DNA of 64,000 nucleotides from NCBI RefSeq assembly GCF_056712565.1, contig NZ_CM160072.1; one strand, 5' to 3'. Shown piece by piece: positions 10,521 to 19,561 of this stretch (position 1 is its first letter; each line of letters starts with the position of its first letter). The notes under the pieces were generated by a model. It saw only the letters and a program-made list of their open reading frames with translations, ran no database searches and was not told where the DNA came from. The position numbers and the translations under genes were made by a program.

Positions 10521-11060
10521 CAATAATGCCGGAGGTTAATGTTAATGAATCACTGGCGTAGTTAACTGGACGTCCATTTGTTTGCTATGAATAGCAATTA
10601 ATGTTGGCACAACTATTCATATGGTTGATGTGATTTCGGTTTTTATATTAAATATCAATTTAATATAATCTGAAAATAAAACATCTTTTCGCATGTAGAG
10701 AAACATGTCGATATGATAGCGCAGTGCAGATCATGTTATCAGGGCTGGGCGGTAGCGTATTTAATCAGGGAAAGATTACGTAACACTGCTTTTTTGTACT
10801 GGACGATTCTCATTTTATGTTTAAAAATTGAGATACTCCTTATTTCCTGAAACTGTTTTTCATTGCTTATACATGATCAAATACTCCTTACATAATTAAG
10901 GAGAACAAAATGAAACTTAATACACGCCAACAATTTGTATTACTTAAATAGACCAGTGAAGGTACGTATCAGAATATCCGGTGAAGTGATTAATATTTCG
11001 TTGAATATTTCTCCGGATTTTTGAAACCTGCTGCTGTAGAAATTCTGAACAGGAGGAATT

Positions 11061-11345
11061 ATGCCTTTAGCAGCCAAACTTACCGACAAAGGCACCCAGC
11101 ACGACGGTTATTACGAGACCGTCATCACCGCCGGGTCATCCACCGTTTTTATCGATGGTCTCCCCGCAGCCCGTCAGGGAGATCCGCTGACGCCGCATGC
11201 TAAACCGAAGCATCCACCTCATCCCCGAAAAATCGCCAGAGGCTCGTCAACCGTCTTTATTGACGGCCTGCCCGCCGCCAGAACCGGTGATGCTATTGAC
11301 TGCGGCGGCGTGGTTATTGGTGGCGGCACGGTAAATATAGGCTGA
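11061..11345 (+). CDS. PAAR-domain protein (type VI secretion spike-sharpening protein)
   Basis: 94-aa ORF with two STVFIDGLPAAR(Q/T)GD motifs and a His-rich segment; strong SD (AGGAGG) 8 nt upstream; immediately precedes vgrG. Confidence 0.8.
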   Translation: MPLAAKLTDKGTQHDGYYETVITAGSSTVFIDGLPAARQGDPLTPHAKPKHPPHPRKIARGSSTVFIDGLPAARTGDAIDCGGVVIGGGTVNIG

Positions 11346-11363
11346 TATGTCTGAGAGGTATTT

Positions 11364-13769
11364 ATGTCCTTAAAAGGTCTTCGCTTTACGCTGGAGGTTG
11401 ACGGCCAGGAGCCGGACACCTTTGCAGTGGTGAGCTTCCGGTTAATCCAGAACCAGTCTTATCCGTTTGTGATGAGTGTGGATGTCGCCAGCGATTCTTT
11501 TATGCAGACGGCGGAGATGCTGCTGGAGAAGAACGCAACGCTGACTATCTGGCAGGGTGTCATCCCGCTGCGTTATGTCACAGGCGTGGTGGCAGGGTTT
11601 GGTATGCAGGAGAACAACGGCTGGCAGATGCGTTATCACCTGCGTATTGAGCCGCCGTTATGGCGGTGCGGGCTGCGGCGGAACTTCCGTATCTTCCAGC
11701 AGCAGGATATCCGGACGATATCGGCCACATTACTGAACGAGAACGGCGTCACGGAGTGGACGCCGCTGTTTTATGAGGACCATCCGGCGCGGGAATTCTG
11801 TGTCCAGTACGGGGAAAGCGACCTGGCGTTTCTGGCGCGGCTGTGGGCGGAGGAGGGGATTTTCTTCTTTGAGCGGTTTGCGGCGGACAGTCCGGAGCAG
11901 AAGCTGACGCTGTGCGACGATGTGGCGGGGCTGTCACAGGCGGGGGAGCTTCCGTTTAACCCGGACACATCGGCAGGAGCGGAGACGGAGTGTGTCAGTA
12001 TGTTCCGTTATGAGGCGCATGTCCGCCCGTCATCGGTGCAGAGCCAGGATTACACGTTTAAGGTGCCGGACTGGCCGGGGATGTATGAGCAGCAGGGTGA
12101 GAGCCTGAACGGACAGCTTGAACAGTATGAAATATTTGATTATCCGGGAAGGTACAAGGATGAACAGCACGGCAAGGATTTCACGCTGTACCGGATGGAG
12201 AGCCTGCGCAGTGATGCGGAAAAGGCCACAGGGCAGAGTAATTCGCCGAAGCTGTGGCCGGGGACGTGGTTTACGCTGACGGGGCATCCGCAGAAGATGC
12301 TGAACCGTGAATGGCAGGTGGTACAGAGCATTCTGTCAGGAGACCAGCCGCAGGCGCTTCACGGCAGCCAGGGGAGAGGAACCACGCTGGGAAATCAGTT
12401 AGAGGTGATACCGGCGGACCGGACGTGGCGTCCACGGCTGCAAAGCAAACCGAAGGTGGACGGGCCACAGAGCGCCATTGTCACCGGGCCTGCGGGAGAG
12501 GAAATCTTCTGTGATGAACATGGCCGGGTACGGGTGAAGTTTCACTGGGACCGTTATCACGGGATGACGGAGGAGAGTTCGTGCTGGGTGCGTGTGTCGC
12601 AGGCGTGGGCGGGGCCGGGATTTGGTAATCTGGCGATACCGCGGGTGGGCCAGGAGGTGATTGTTGATTTTCTGAACGGGGACCCGGACCAGCCGCTGGT
12701 CATGGGCCGGACGTACCATGAGGACAACCGTTCGCCGGGGGACCTGCCGGGAACGAAGACGCAGATGACGATACGGTCGAAGACCTATAAAGGAAGCGGT
12801 TTTAATGAGTTGCGCTTTGAGGATGCGACGGATAAGGAACAGGTCTATATCCACGCGCAGAAGAACATGGACACGGAGGTACTTAACGACCGGACGACGG
12901 ATGTGAAACATGACCATACGGAGACCATCGGGAACGACCAGAAGATAACGGTGGTGAAGGGGCAGACGGTTCAGGTCGGGACCAGAAAAGAAGGGGGCCA
13001 CGACCAGAGTATCACGGTGGCGAACGACCGGTGCATCACGGTACGTAATGACCAGACGCTGCAGGTGACGAATGACCGGACGGTGAGCGTGAGTAATGAT
13101 GACGGCCTGTACGTCAGAAATGACCGTAAAGTGACGGTGGAAGGGAAGCAGGAGCATAAGACGACGGGGAACCATGTCAGCCTGGTGGAGGGAAAGCACA
13201 GCCTGGTGGTGAAGGGGGACCTGGCGAGGAAGGTGAGTGGCGCGCTGGGGATAAAGGTCGACGGGGATATCGTGCTGGAGAGCAGCAGCCGGATAAGCCT
13301 GAAGGTGGGTGGCTCGTTTGTGGTCATCCATTCAGGGGGCGTGGACATCGTCGGGCCGAAAATCAGTCTCAATAGCGGCGGTAGTCCGGGGACGCCGGTG
13401 CCGGCGCTGCAACCGACGGTGCTGAAGACACTGGGGGATGAGAAGAGTGGTGATGGCAGTGATTCCGGAGAAGAAAATGAAGACTCTGGAGGGAACTGCG
13501 TGACCGGAAGTGGTGGTGATGATCGAGGTGACGATGAGGATGAACCTGAAAAATATACTCTCCAGTTCCATTTTACAGACGATGACGGGATACCGTATTC
13601 AGAAACCCGCTACATTGCCTTCTTTGAGGATGGCACGCAGACCCACGGAGAAACGGATGAAGAGGGGTATACAGAGCGTTTTTTTGTATCTAGCAAACAT
13701 GAAATTAAAGTGAAGTTGCTATTTGCGAATGATGATTTTCTCTCAATGGAAGGACACTATGGACGATAA
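11364..13769 (+). CDS. vgrG: VgrG type VI secretion tip/spike protein with an acidic linker and a C-terminal extension
   Basis: 801-aa ORF with a VgrG-type N-terminus (MSLKGLRFTLEVDG), gp27/gp5-like regions, beta-helix repeats (VTVxNDxT...), then a Gly/Asp/Glu-rich linker and a beta-rich tail. Confidence 0.9.
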   Translation: MSLKGLRFTLEVDGQEPDTFAVVSFRLIQNQSYPFVMSVDVASDSFMQTAEMLLEKNATLTIWQGVIPLRYVTGVVAGFGMQENNGWQMRYHLRIEPPLWRCGLRRNFRIFQQQDIRTISATLLNENGVTEWTPLFYEDHPAREFCVQYGESDLAFLARLWAEEGIFFFERFAADSPEQKLTLCDDVAGLSQAGELPFNPDTSAGAETECVSMFRYEAHVRPSSVQSQDYTFKVPDWPGMYEQQGESLNGQLEQYEIFDYPGRYKDEQHGKDFTLYRMESLRSDAEKATGQSNSPKLWPGTWFTLTGHPQKMLNREWQVVQSILSGDQPQALHGSQGRGTTLGNQLEVIPADRTWRPRLQSKPKVDGPQSAIVTGPAGEEIFCDEHGRVRVKFHWDRYHGMTEESSCWVRVSQAWAGPGFGNLAIPRVGQEVIVDFLNGDPDQPLVMGRTYHEDNRSPGDLPGTKTQMTIRSKTYKGSGFNELRFEDATDKEQVYIHAQKNMDTEVLNDRTTDVKHDHTETIGNDQKITVVKGQTVQVGTRKEGGHDQSITVANDRCITVRNDQTLQVTNDRTVSVSNDDGLYVRNDRKVTVEGKQEHKTTGNHVSLVEGKHSLVVKGDLARKVSGALGIKVDGDIVLESSSRISLKVGGSFVVIHSGGVDIVGPKISLNSGGSPGTPVPALQPTVLKTLGDEKSGDGSDSGEENEDSGGNCVTGSGGDDRGDDEDEPEKYTLQFHFTDDDGIPYSETRYIAFFEDGTQTHGETDEEGYTERFFVSSKHEIKVKLLFANDDFLSMEGHYGR

Positions 13770-14520
13770 TAATCAAACTTCTGGACAACCAAAGCCAGAG
13801 CCAGAAGAATGTGTGAAAGAGCAAAAAATAACAGATCATTTTAAAATAATGATTGATAAGGCTCGTAAGGCACAAAAGTTGGTTTTGATAAAAAGAGCAG
13901 ATGATCTTTTGAGATGGGGAGCACAGGAGGAATATGATTTCAGTAAGATCTTTGGTGTTAAAGGAAATAAGGAGGTTAATATAAGAAAATATGGACATAA
14001 TACAGGTAGGCGCATGAATGCTAGATTTCTTATGATGGATGGTGTGAGAAGATTAATGATTATAGCTAATGATTTAACAATGAGCAGTTTTATAAATTAT
14101 ACAGGTTGTAATGAATTTGCAGCATTCGTCAGCCCAAGTAAGGATATGCCCTATATAATTAACATAGGCGCAAAATTTGAGTATAGAGATGGCAAAAAAA
14201 ATCCAGTAACGGGAAAGGATTCTCATGTTGCTACTTTATGTCATGAAATGTCTCATATTCAGTGGTATTATGGGGATAATAAAAAAGGTGGTATGTGGTC
14301 ACAGGATTATACAACTACTGATAAATATTCAACGTGCAAAGAGGATGAAGTTTCATATGACGAACATATCCGTATTGCAACTAAACTGATCTCTAAACAA
14401 AAAGATCAAATATTTGAGAATGCATATAACATAGAAAGATATTTTGAAATAAGATTAATTGAAAGTGAGATAGACTCGATTGATGATGAAATATTAAGCA
14501 ATTCAGTTAAGAAAAAATAG
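13759..14520 (+). CDS. Candidate type VI secretion effector: HExxH (zinc-metallopeptidase-like) toxin
   Basis: ATG at 13759 overlaps the vgrG stop (ATGGACGATAA) with GGAAGGA upstream; about 253 aa containing CHEMSH; markedly AT-rich by eye; no signal peptide. Confidence 0.55.
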   Translation: MDDNNQTSGQPKPEPEECVKEQKITDHFKIMIDKARKAQKLVLIKRADDLLRWGAQEEYDFSKIFGVKGNKEVNIRKYGHNTGRRMNARFLMMDGVRRLMIIANDLTMSSFINYTGCNEFAAFVSPSKDMPYIINIGAKFEYRDGKKNPVTGKDSHVATLCHEMSHIQWYYGDNKKGGMWSQDYTTTDKYSTCKEDEVSYDEHIRIATKLISKQKDQIFENAYNIERYFEIRLIESEIDSIDDEILSNSVKKK

Positions 14521-14572
14521 CGGAATTAGAAAAAGCACTTCTCCATTAACTAATAAGTCGAGAAATATATTA

Positions 14573-15292
14573 ATGCTGCAAGCTATAAAAAAAATCATAA
14601 TAATGACAATCGTAAATATTATATTTTTCTATTCCTTTCAATCGACTGCGGATGAAATGGTTTTAATAAAAAAATACGGGTTTGGGCTTGAGAGAGATAT
14701 CAAAGGAAGGCCATTAATTTATCCTATCGAAAATTATGATGAGTGTAAGAAAAAATGCAATCATATGAATTATATAGCGGATGTCAATGCTCAATTAGCT
14801 ATGAGTAAAAAAAATAACAGGATTTTTGCTAACATAACCTTTACTAACAATAGCTCTACCACGTATTTTTTTTCTAAATATTATCTACCTATGAAAGTAA
14901 AAGATGGAAAAGGAGATGAATATGATGCGATATGCAAAAAACCATTCAGAATCAACTCTGGGAATATCACGTTGGACTACTTAGGTGGTTCATGTCCTTT
15001 TGAAATTAATACGAATCCTGAACGGTGGAATACTATTAAACCAGGTCGTAGTTTTTTGTTGAGTATAACCTTAAATGATATGTATGCCTTTATACCAGGA
15101 GATAATTATTATTTTATAAAATCATCTGGCTATAAATTTGTTAATGACAAGTGGTTTACACTCAAATCAATCAATAATATTTTTCTTTATTTTTTAAATT
15201 TAAAAATTAATTGTGCTGATGATTTTTTTGATATTAATAATTTTACTACATGTAATAATTTGTTATTGGATGAAAAAAACACTTTTTATTAA
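14573..15292 (+). CDS. Candidate cognate immunity protein (periplasmic, signal-peptide-bearing)
   Basis: 239-aa ORF with N-terminal signal peptide (MLQAIKKIIIMTIVNIIFFYSFQSTA|DE), several Cys, very AT-rich; directly downstream of the candidate effector. Confidence 0.45.
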   Translation: MLQAIKKIIIMTIVNIIFFYSFQSTADEMVLIKKYGFGLERDIKGRPLIYPIENYDECKKKCNHMNYIADVNAQLAMSKKNNRIFANITFTNNSSTTYFFSKYYLPMKVKDGKGDEYDAICKKPFRINSGNITLDYLGGSCPFEINTNPERWNTIKPGRSFLLSITLNDMYAFIPGDNYYFIKSSGYKFVNDKWFTLKSINNIFLYFLNLKINCADDFFDINNFTTCNNLLLDEKNTFY

Positions 15293-15469
15293 TCAGTTAT
15301 GGGCAATTGAGGATGAAAAAAATTCTATTTACGTCACCCCTGATGAAATTTCTATAAGTATAGACGGCGATAACTTAAAGTTGCCATATTAGGAATATGG
15401 GAAAGAACACGGTGCGCCGCTTTTTTGCACTAAATAATTTACATTTTATGTTCAATAATTGATACTAAC

Positions 15470-15613
15470 ATGTTGGATATTAAAGGTGAAATTATCACAA
15501 CTGATGCGATGGGTTGCCAGAAAGATATTGCAGAGAAGATACAAAAACAGGGAGGTAATTATTTATTTGCTGTAAAAGGACATAAGGAGCGGATTAATAA
15601 AGCCTTTGAGTGA
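15470..15613 (+). mobile_element. Remnant of an H-repeat-associated (ISAs1-family) transposase gene, 47 codons
   Basis: Translation [47 protein letters not shown] resembles an internal segment of H-repeat / ISAs1 transposases. Confidence 0.45.
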
Positions 15614-15690
15614 AACTTCCGCTGAAAATTCAGGTTAACCGCGTTCCATGCAAACAATTTTCAAATATTCATCAATAAATAAGGAGTTCC

Positions 15691-16156
15691 ATGTTTATAC
15701 GACCAGTCAAACCTTCAGATGTTGAACCATTAATGGATATGCTGCTTGACAGGGATCAATTTGATCAAGATGGCCTTCATCATGTACAAAAAACACTAAC
15801 ACATTATTTCTCAGGTCAATCTGCCGATTTATGGTTTAGTGCAGAACACTTGGGACTGGCAGGGATTGCCTACTGTGCTTCTGAAATGATGACAAATGAT
15901 GTCTGAAATTTATTAATGCTCTGGATCAGTCCTTCCCATCAGCGCCAGGGAGTGAGACATCTGCTGATTAACGAAATAGAAAAGAGCTCACAATTAAACA
16001 GGCAAGACTACTATTAGTAGAGACCGCCAGCCATATCGATTTTAGTGCCGCCCGCGCATTTTATACAAAACAGGGCTTTATCAATGAGGCGATAATACGC
16101 AATTACTATGATGTTGGTGAGGATAAATTAATCTTCACTAAAAATATGCAATCGTG
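15691..16156 (+). pseudogene. GNAT-family acetyltransferase disrupted by two frameshifts
   Basis: Track ORF 15691..15906 (71 aa) continues in two other frames (…WNLLMLWISPSHQRQGVRHLLINEIEKS… then …ETASHIDFSAARAFYTKQGFINEAII…), together making a GNAT-like protein. Confidence 0.45.
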
Positions 16157-16222
16157 AGATAAAATATGCTTTAACTCATATGGAAACATTGCTTAAACAA
16201 CTTGGTTGCTGCATATGATTCT

Positions 16223-16792
16223 TTAGCCCGCCGTAACTCGCTTACCACTGGTAACAAACGTGCCAGCACCTAAATGATGCAACGTATTGAGCTTATCATC
16301 ATCAAACTGCCAGCGGCCTTCGACAAATACCCGTGCGTCTGCCGCTGCTGATACCACTTCGCCAAATAGCGTATCGTATTTTTCTTGCGCGGAAGTTGCA
16401 GGTAGCAGGCGACACTCCATCCACGCCAGACATTTTTCCTCGACCAGCGGCAAACCAAGCACCGGGCCTCTCACTACCGGAATGCCGTAGCAATTAAATT
16501 TATCTTCTTCACGACCCGACACACTTCCCACCGCCCACGTCCAGTTAGTCGCCGCAACGCCCGGGATAACGATGCCAAACTTACCGTTACGTTCAATCAA
16601 CTCCCTGGTCCATGTCGATTTATCTACCACAATCGCCACGCGTGGCGGTTCAAACTCTACGGGCATCGACCAGGCTGCTGCCATAATGTTACGCCGCTGG
16701 GATTGCTCATCGAAACTGGTGATCATGACAGTTGGGCCATGATTTAACAGACGGCTGGCATGGTGTAATTCGACGGGAATGAATTGGCTCAC
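16223..16792 (-). CDS. yddH: Flavin reductase-like protein
   Basis: 189-aa ORF; size and position match K-12 yddH upstream of nhoA. Confidence 0.8.
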   Translation of the reverse strand: MSQFIPVELHHASRLLNHGPTVMITSFDEQSQRRNIMAAAWSMPVEFEPPRVAIVVDKSTWTRELIERNGKFGIVIPGVAATNWTWAVGSVSGREEDKFNCYGIPVVRGPVLGLPLVEEKCLAWMECRLLPATSAQEKYDTLFGEVVSAAADARVFVEGRWQFDDDKLNTLHHLGAGTFVTSGKRVTAG

Positions 16793-16966
16793 GATATCGC
16801 CTCGCTATGAAGGGTGTTTTAAAAGCGTAGCTCGTAACGCAATAAGTAACGAAATTAACGGGATTGGCGATTTGCGAACGTGATGCATGTCCGCGATCGC
16901 ACAAAATAGCCAGTGCGGCGTCTATTCCAGGTTATAAGTTGAGAAAACCACTAAGGGAAACGCCTG

Positions 16967-17812
16967 ATGACGCCCATTCTGAATCATTATTTTGCCCGTA
17001 TTAACTGGTTGGGAGCTGCTGCGGCCAATATTGATACGCTGCGTGCATTGCACCTGAAACACAATTGCACCATTCCGTTTGAAAATCTCGACGTTTTGCT
17101 GCCGAGGGAAATACAGCTTGATGATCAATCGCTGGAAGATAAACTGGTGATAGCCCGTCGTGGCGGTTACTGTTTTGAGCAGAATGGCGTGTTTGAGCGG
17201 GTGTTACGCGAGCTGGGGTTTAACGTTCGCAGCTTGTTAGGTCGCGTAGTGTTATCAAATCCGCCAGCATTACCGCCGCGCACCCATCGTTTGCTGTTGG
17301 TGGAACTGGAAGGGGAAAAATGGATTGCTGATGTCGGTTTCGGTGGGCAGACGCTAACCGCGCCGATTCGTTTAATGCCGGATATCATGCAAACCACGCC
17401 ACACGGAGAGTATCGGTTGTTGCAAGAGGGTGATGATTGGGTATTGCAGTTTAATCATCATCAGCACTGGCAGTCGATGTACCGTTTTGATCTCTGCGAG
17501 CAGCAACAAAGCGATTATGTGATGGGCAATTTCTGGTCGGCGCACTGGCCGCAGTCGCATTTTCGCCATCATTTGCTGATGTGTCGCCATTTGCCGGACG
17601 GTGGCAAGCTAACGCTGACCAATTTTCATTTTACCCATTATGAAAATGGGCACGCAGTTGAGCAGCGAAATCTACCAGATGTGGCGTCGTTATATGCCGT
17701 GATGCAGGAACAGTTTGGTCTGGGCGTAGATGATGCGAAACATGGCTTTACTGTGGATGAGTTAGCGCTGGTGATGGCGGCGTTTGATACGCACCCGGAG
17801 GCGGGAAAATAA
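16967..17812 (+). CDS. nhoA: Arylamine N-acetyltransferase
   Basis: 281-aa ORF with the NAT-family catalytic Cys region (RRGGYCFEQN). Confidence 0.9.
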   Translation: MTPILNHYFARINWLGAAAANIDTLRALHLKHNCTIPFENLDVLLPREIQLDDQSLEDKLVIARRGGYCFEQNGVFERVLRELGFNVRSLLGRVVLSNPPALPPRTHRLLLVELEGEKWIADVGFGGQTLTAPIRLMPDIMQTTPHGEYRLLQEGDDWVLQFNHHQHWQSMYRFDLCEQQQSDYVMGNFWSAHWPQSHFRHHLLMCRHLPDGGKLTLTNFHFTHYENGHAVEQRNLPDVASLYAVMQEQFGLGVDDAKHGFTVDELALVMAAFDTHPEAGK

Positions 17813-17819
17813 TTTATGT

Positions 17820-17905
17820 CAGGTTGCCGGATGTGGCGTAAACGCCTTATCCGGCCTACATTAGCCCGGTTGTAGACCTGATAAGCGAAGCGCATCAGGC
17901 AACGG
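17820..17905. repeat. REP (repetitive extragenic palindrome) elements
   Basis: gccggatg...cgccttatccggcctaca and gcctgatgcgc...aggc palindromic units between nhoA and yddE. Confidence 0.6.
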
Positions 17906-17907
17906 TT

Positions 17908-18801
17908 TCAGAGTTCAATTGCCCATTCGGCATGAAACAAAATCACCGCCGCGCCAGAAATGGTGACTTTCTCCGGTTGGTTATCTCGAATTGTCACCGT
18001 CACATCAATTACACCATCACGCCCCAATGCGCGCCCCTGATGGCCTTTAACACGCAACACGTTGCCATCGTGGGATAATACGTTGTGATGTACTAACCAT
18101 GCGCCCATCGGACCATTGGCATTCCCGGTCACCGGATCTTCCACAATACCAATCGCAGGCGAGAACATGCGACCGTCGGTTTCGCTTTTGCCTGGGCGGA
18201 TCTGGAACGGGAAGAAACCATTGCAGCCAATCTGCTTGCTGATTGCGGTCAGCGCAGCAAGGTCAGGCGAAAGGGCGTCGATATCCACTTCCGGCTTCAG
18301 TGGAATCATCACTTTTGAGTGTCCGGTGGTAGCCACCTGGATTGGCAAGCCTTGCAAAATATCGTCTTCAGTGAGATGAAGCGCGTTGATAATTGCCGCT
18401 CGTGTTTCACCTGTCAGTGGTGGCTCAAAGCCTGGAGTACCTTGTTCCAGCGAAATACGATAATCATCATTTTGCTTTTCGATAGTCACACGATGTTTTC
18501 CTGCCAGCGATGTTTGCCAGACCGTGCAATTTCCTAAACCTAACACCTTTGCACGTACATAGTGCGCAGCTACTGTCGCGTGACCACAAATCGGAACTTC
18601 AACCGTTGGCGTAAAGTAGCGGATGCGCACATCGCTGTCGTCGCTGTGCAGCAGAAAAGCAGTTTCCGAATGACCTAACTCGCGGGCGATAAGCTGCATT
18701 TGCGCTTCACTGAGATTATCGGCGGGGAAAACAACACCGGCAGAATTGCCGCGAAATGGTTGAGAGGTAAAAGCATCGACGTGGTAAACCTGCGGTTTCA
18801 T
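17908..18801 (-). CDS. yddE: PhzF-family isomerase-like protein
   Basis: 297-aa ORF; conserved position between nhoA and narV. Confidence 0.85.
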   Translation of the reverse strand: MKPQVYHVDAFTSQPFRGNSAGVVFPADNLSEAQMQLIARELGHSETAFLLHSDDSDVRIRYFTPTVEVPICGHATVAAHYVRAKVLGLGNCTVWQTSLAGKHRVTIEKQNDDYRISLEQGTPGFEPPLTGETRAAIINALHLTEDDILQGLPIQVATTGHSKVMIPLKPEVDIDALSPDLAALTAISKQIGCNGFFPFQIRPGKSETDGRMFSPAIGIVEDPVTGNANGPMGAWLVHHNVLSHDGNVLRVKGHQGRALGRDGVIDVTVTIRDNQPEKVTISGAAVILFHAEWAIEL

Positions 18802-18880
18802 TAATGTTCTCCTGTGGCTGGAGAACTATCATAGCCTGCAAGTGGCCGGAGAGCGAAGGGCTATCCGGCCCGCGTGAGAA

Positions 18881-19561
18881 TTAACGCCGCGAACGCACAA
18901 TCTGATACCGACGAGTAAAGTACTCAAACGGCGCGCTCCAGACATGCACCAGTCGGGTGAACGGGAAGAGCAGGAAGATGGTCATTCCAAGCACCAGATG
19001 AACGCGGAATATAAAGGCGACACCATCAAGATGCGTAGATGCACCGCCCTGGAAAGTGACGATGCTTTGCGCCCAGCCCACCAACTTCATCATTTCACTG
19101 CCGTCCGGATGTTGTGCTGAAAAAGGAATGGTGGTTAACCCAAGAATGCACTGAATTAACAAAATGGCGAGGATCAGGATATCCGCACCAGAAGACGTCG
19201 CCCTGATACGCGGATTTGTTAAACGACGCACCAGTAGCCCCGCACCGCCAATCAGCGTCAATACCCCGCATATTCCGCCGAGGATCATCGCCATCTGCTG
19301 TTTTACCGCCACCGGCAGAAACCACGCGTACATCCAGTGTGGCGTTAACATGCCGAACAGGTGCCCGAAGAAAATCCCCAAAATGCCGATATGGAACAAG
19401 TTCGACCACAGCACCATCCCGCGTTTATCCAGCATCTGGCTGGAGGCGGCGCGCCAGGTGTACTGCCCGTGGTCGTAGCGCAGCCAGCTTCCAAGGATAA
19501 AAACCGTGCCGCACAAGTACGGGTAGATATCGTAAAAAAAGACGTTCAGATACTGAATCAT
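18881..19561 (-). CDS. narV: Nitrate reductase Z gamma subunit (membrane cytochrome b)
   Basis: 226-aa hydrophobic ORF, last gene of a four-gene minus-strand operon with 4-bp overlaps. Confidence 0.9.
   Translation of the reverse strand: MIQYLNVFFYDIYPYLCGTVFILGSWLRYDHGQYTWRAASSQMLDKRGMVLWSNLFHIGILGIFFGHLFGMLTPHWMYAWFLPVAVKQQMAMILGGICGVLTLIGGAGLLVRRLTNPRIRATSSGADILILAILLIQCILGLTTIPFSAQHPDGSEMMKLVGWAQSIVTFQGGASTHLDGVAFIFRVHLVLGMTIFLLFPFTRLVHVWSAPFEYFTRRYQIVRSRR

Noticed and set aside
11021-11203. 60-aa plus-strand ORF overlapping the PAAR gene start
   Set aside because: Different frame from the PAAR ORF, which has the strong SD and the conserved motifs; likely spurious.
12399-13331. 310-aa minus-strand ORF inside vgrG
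   Set aside because: Antisense shadow ORF in a GC-rich coding region; Arg/Pro/His-rich low-complexity translation and no start context.
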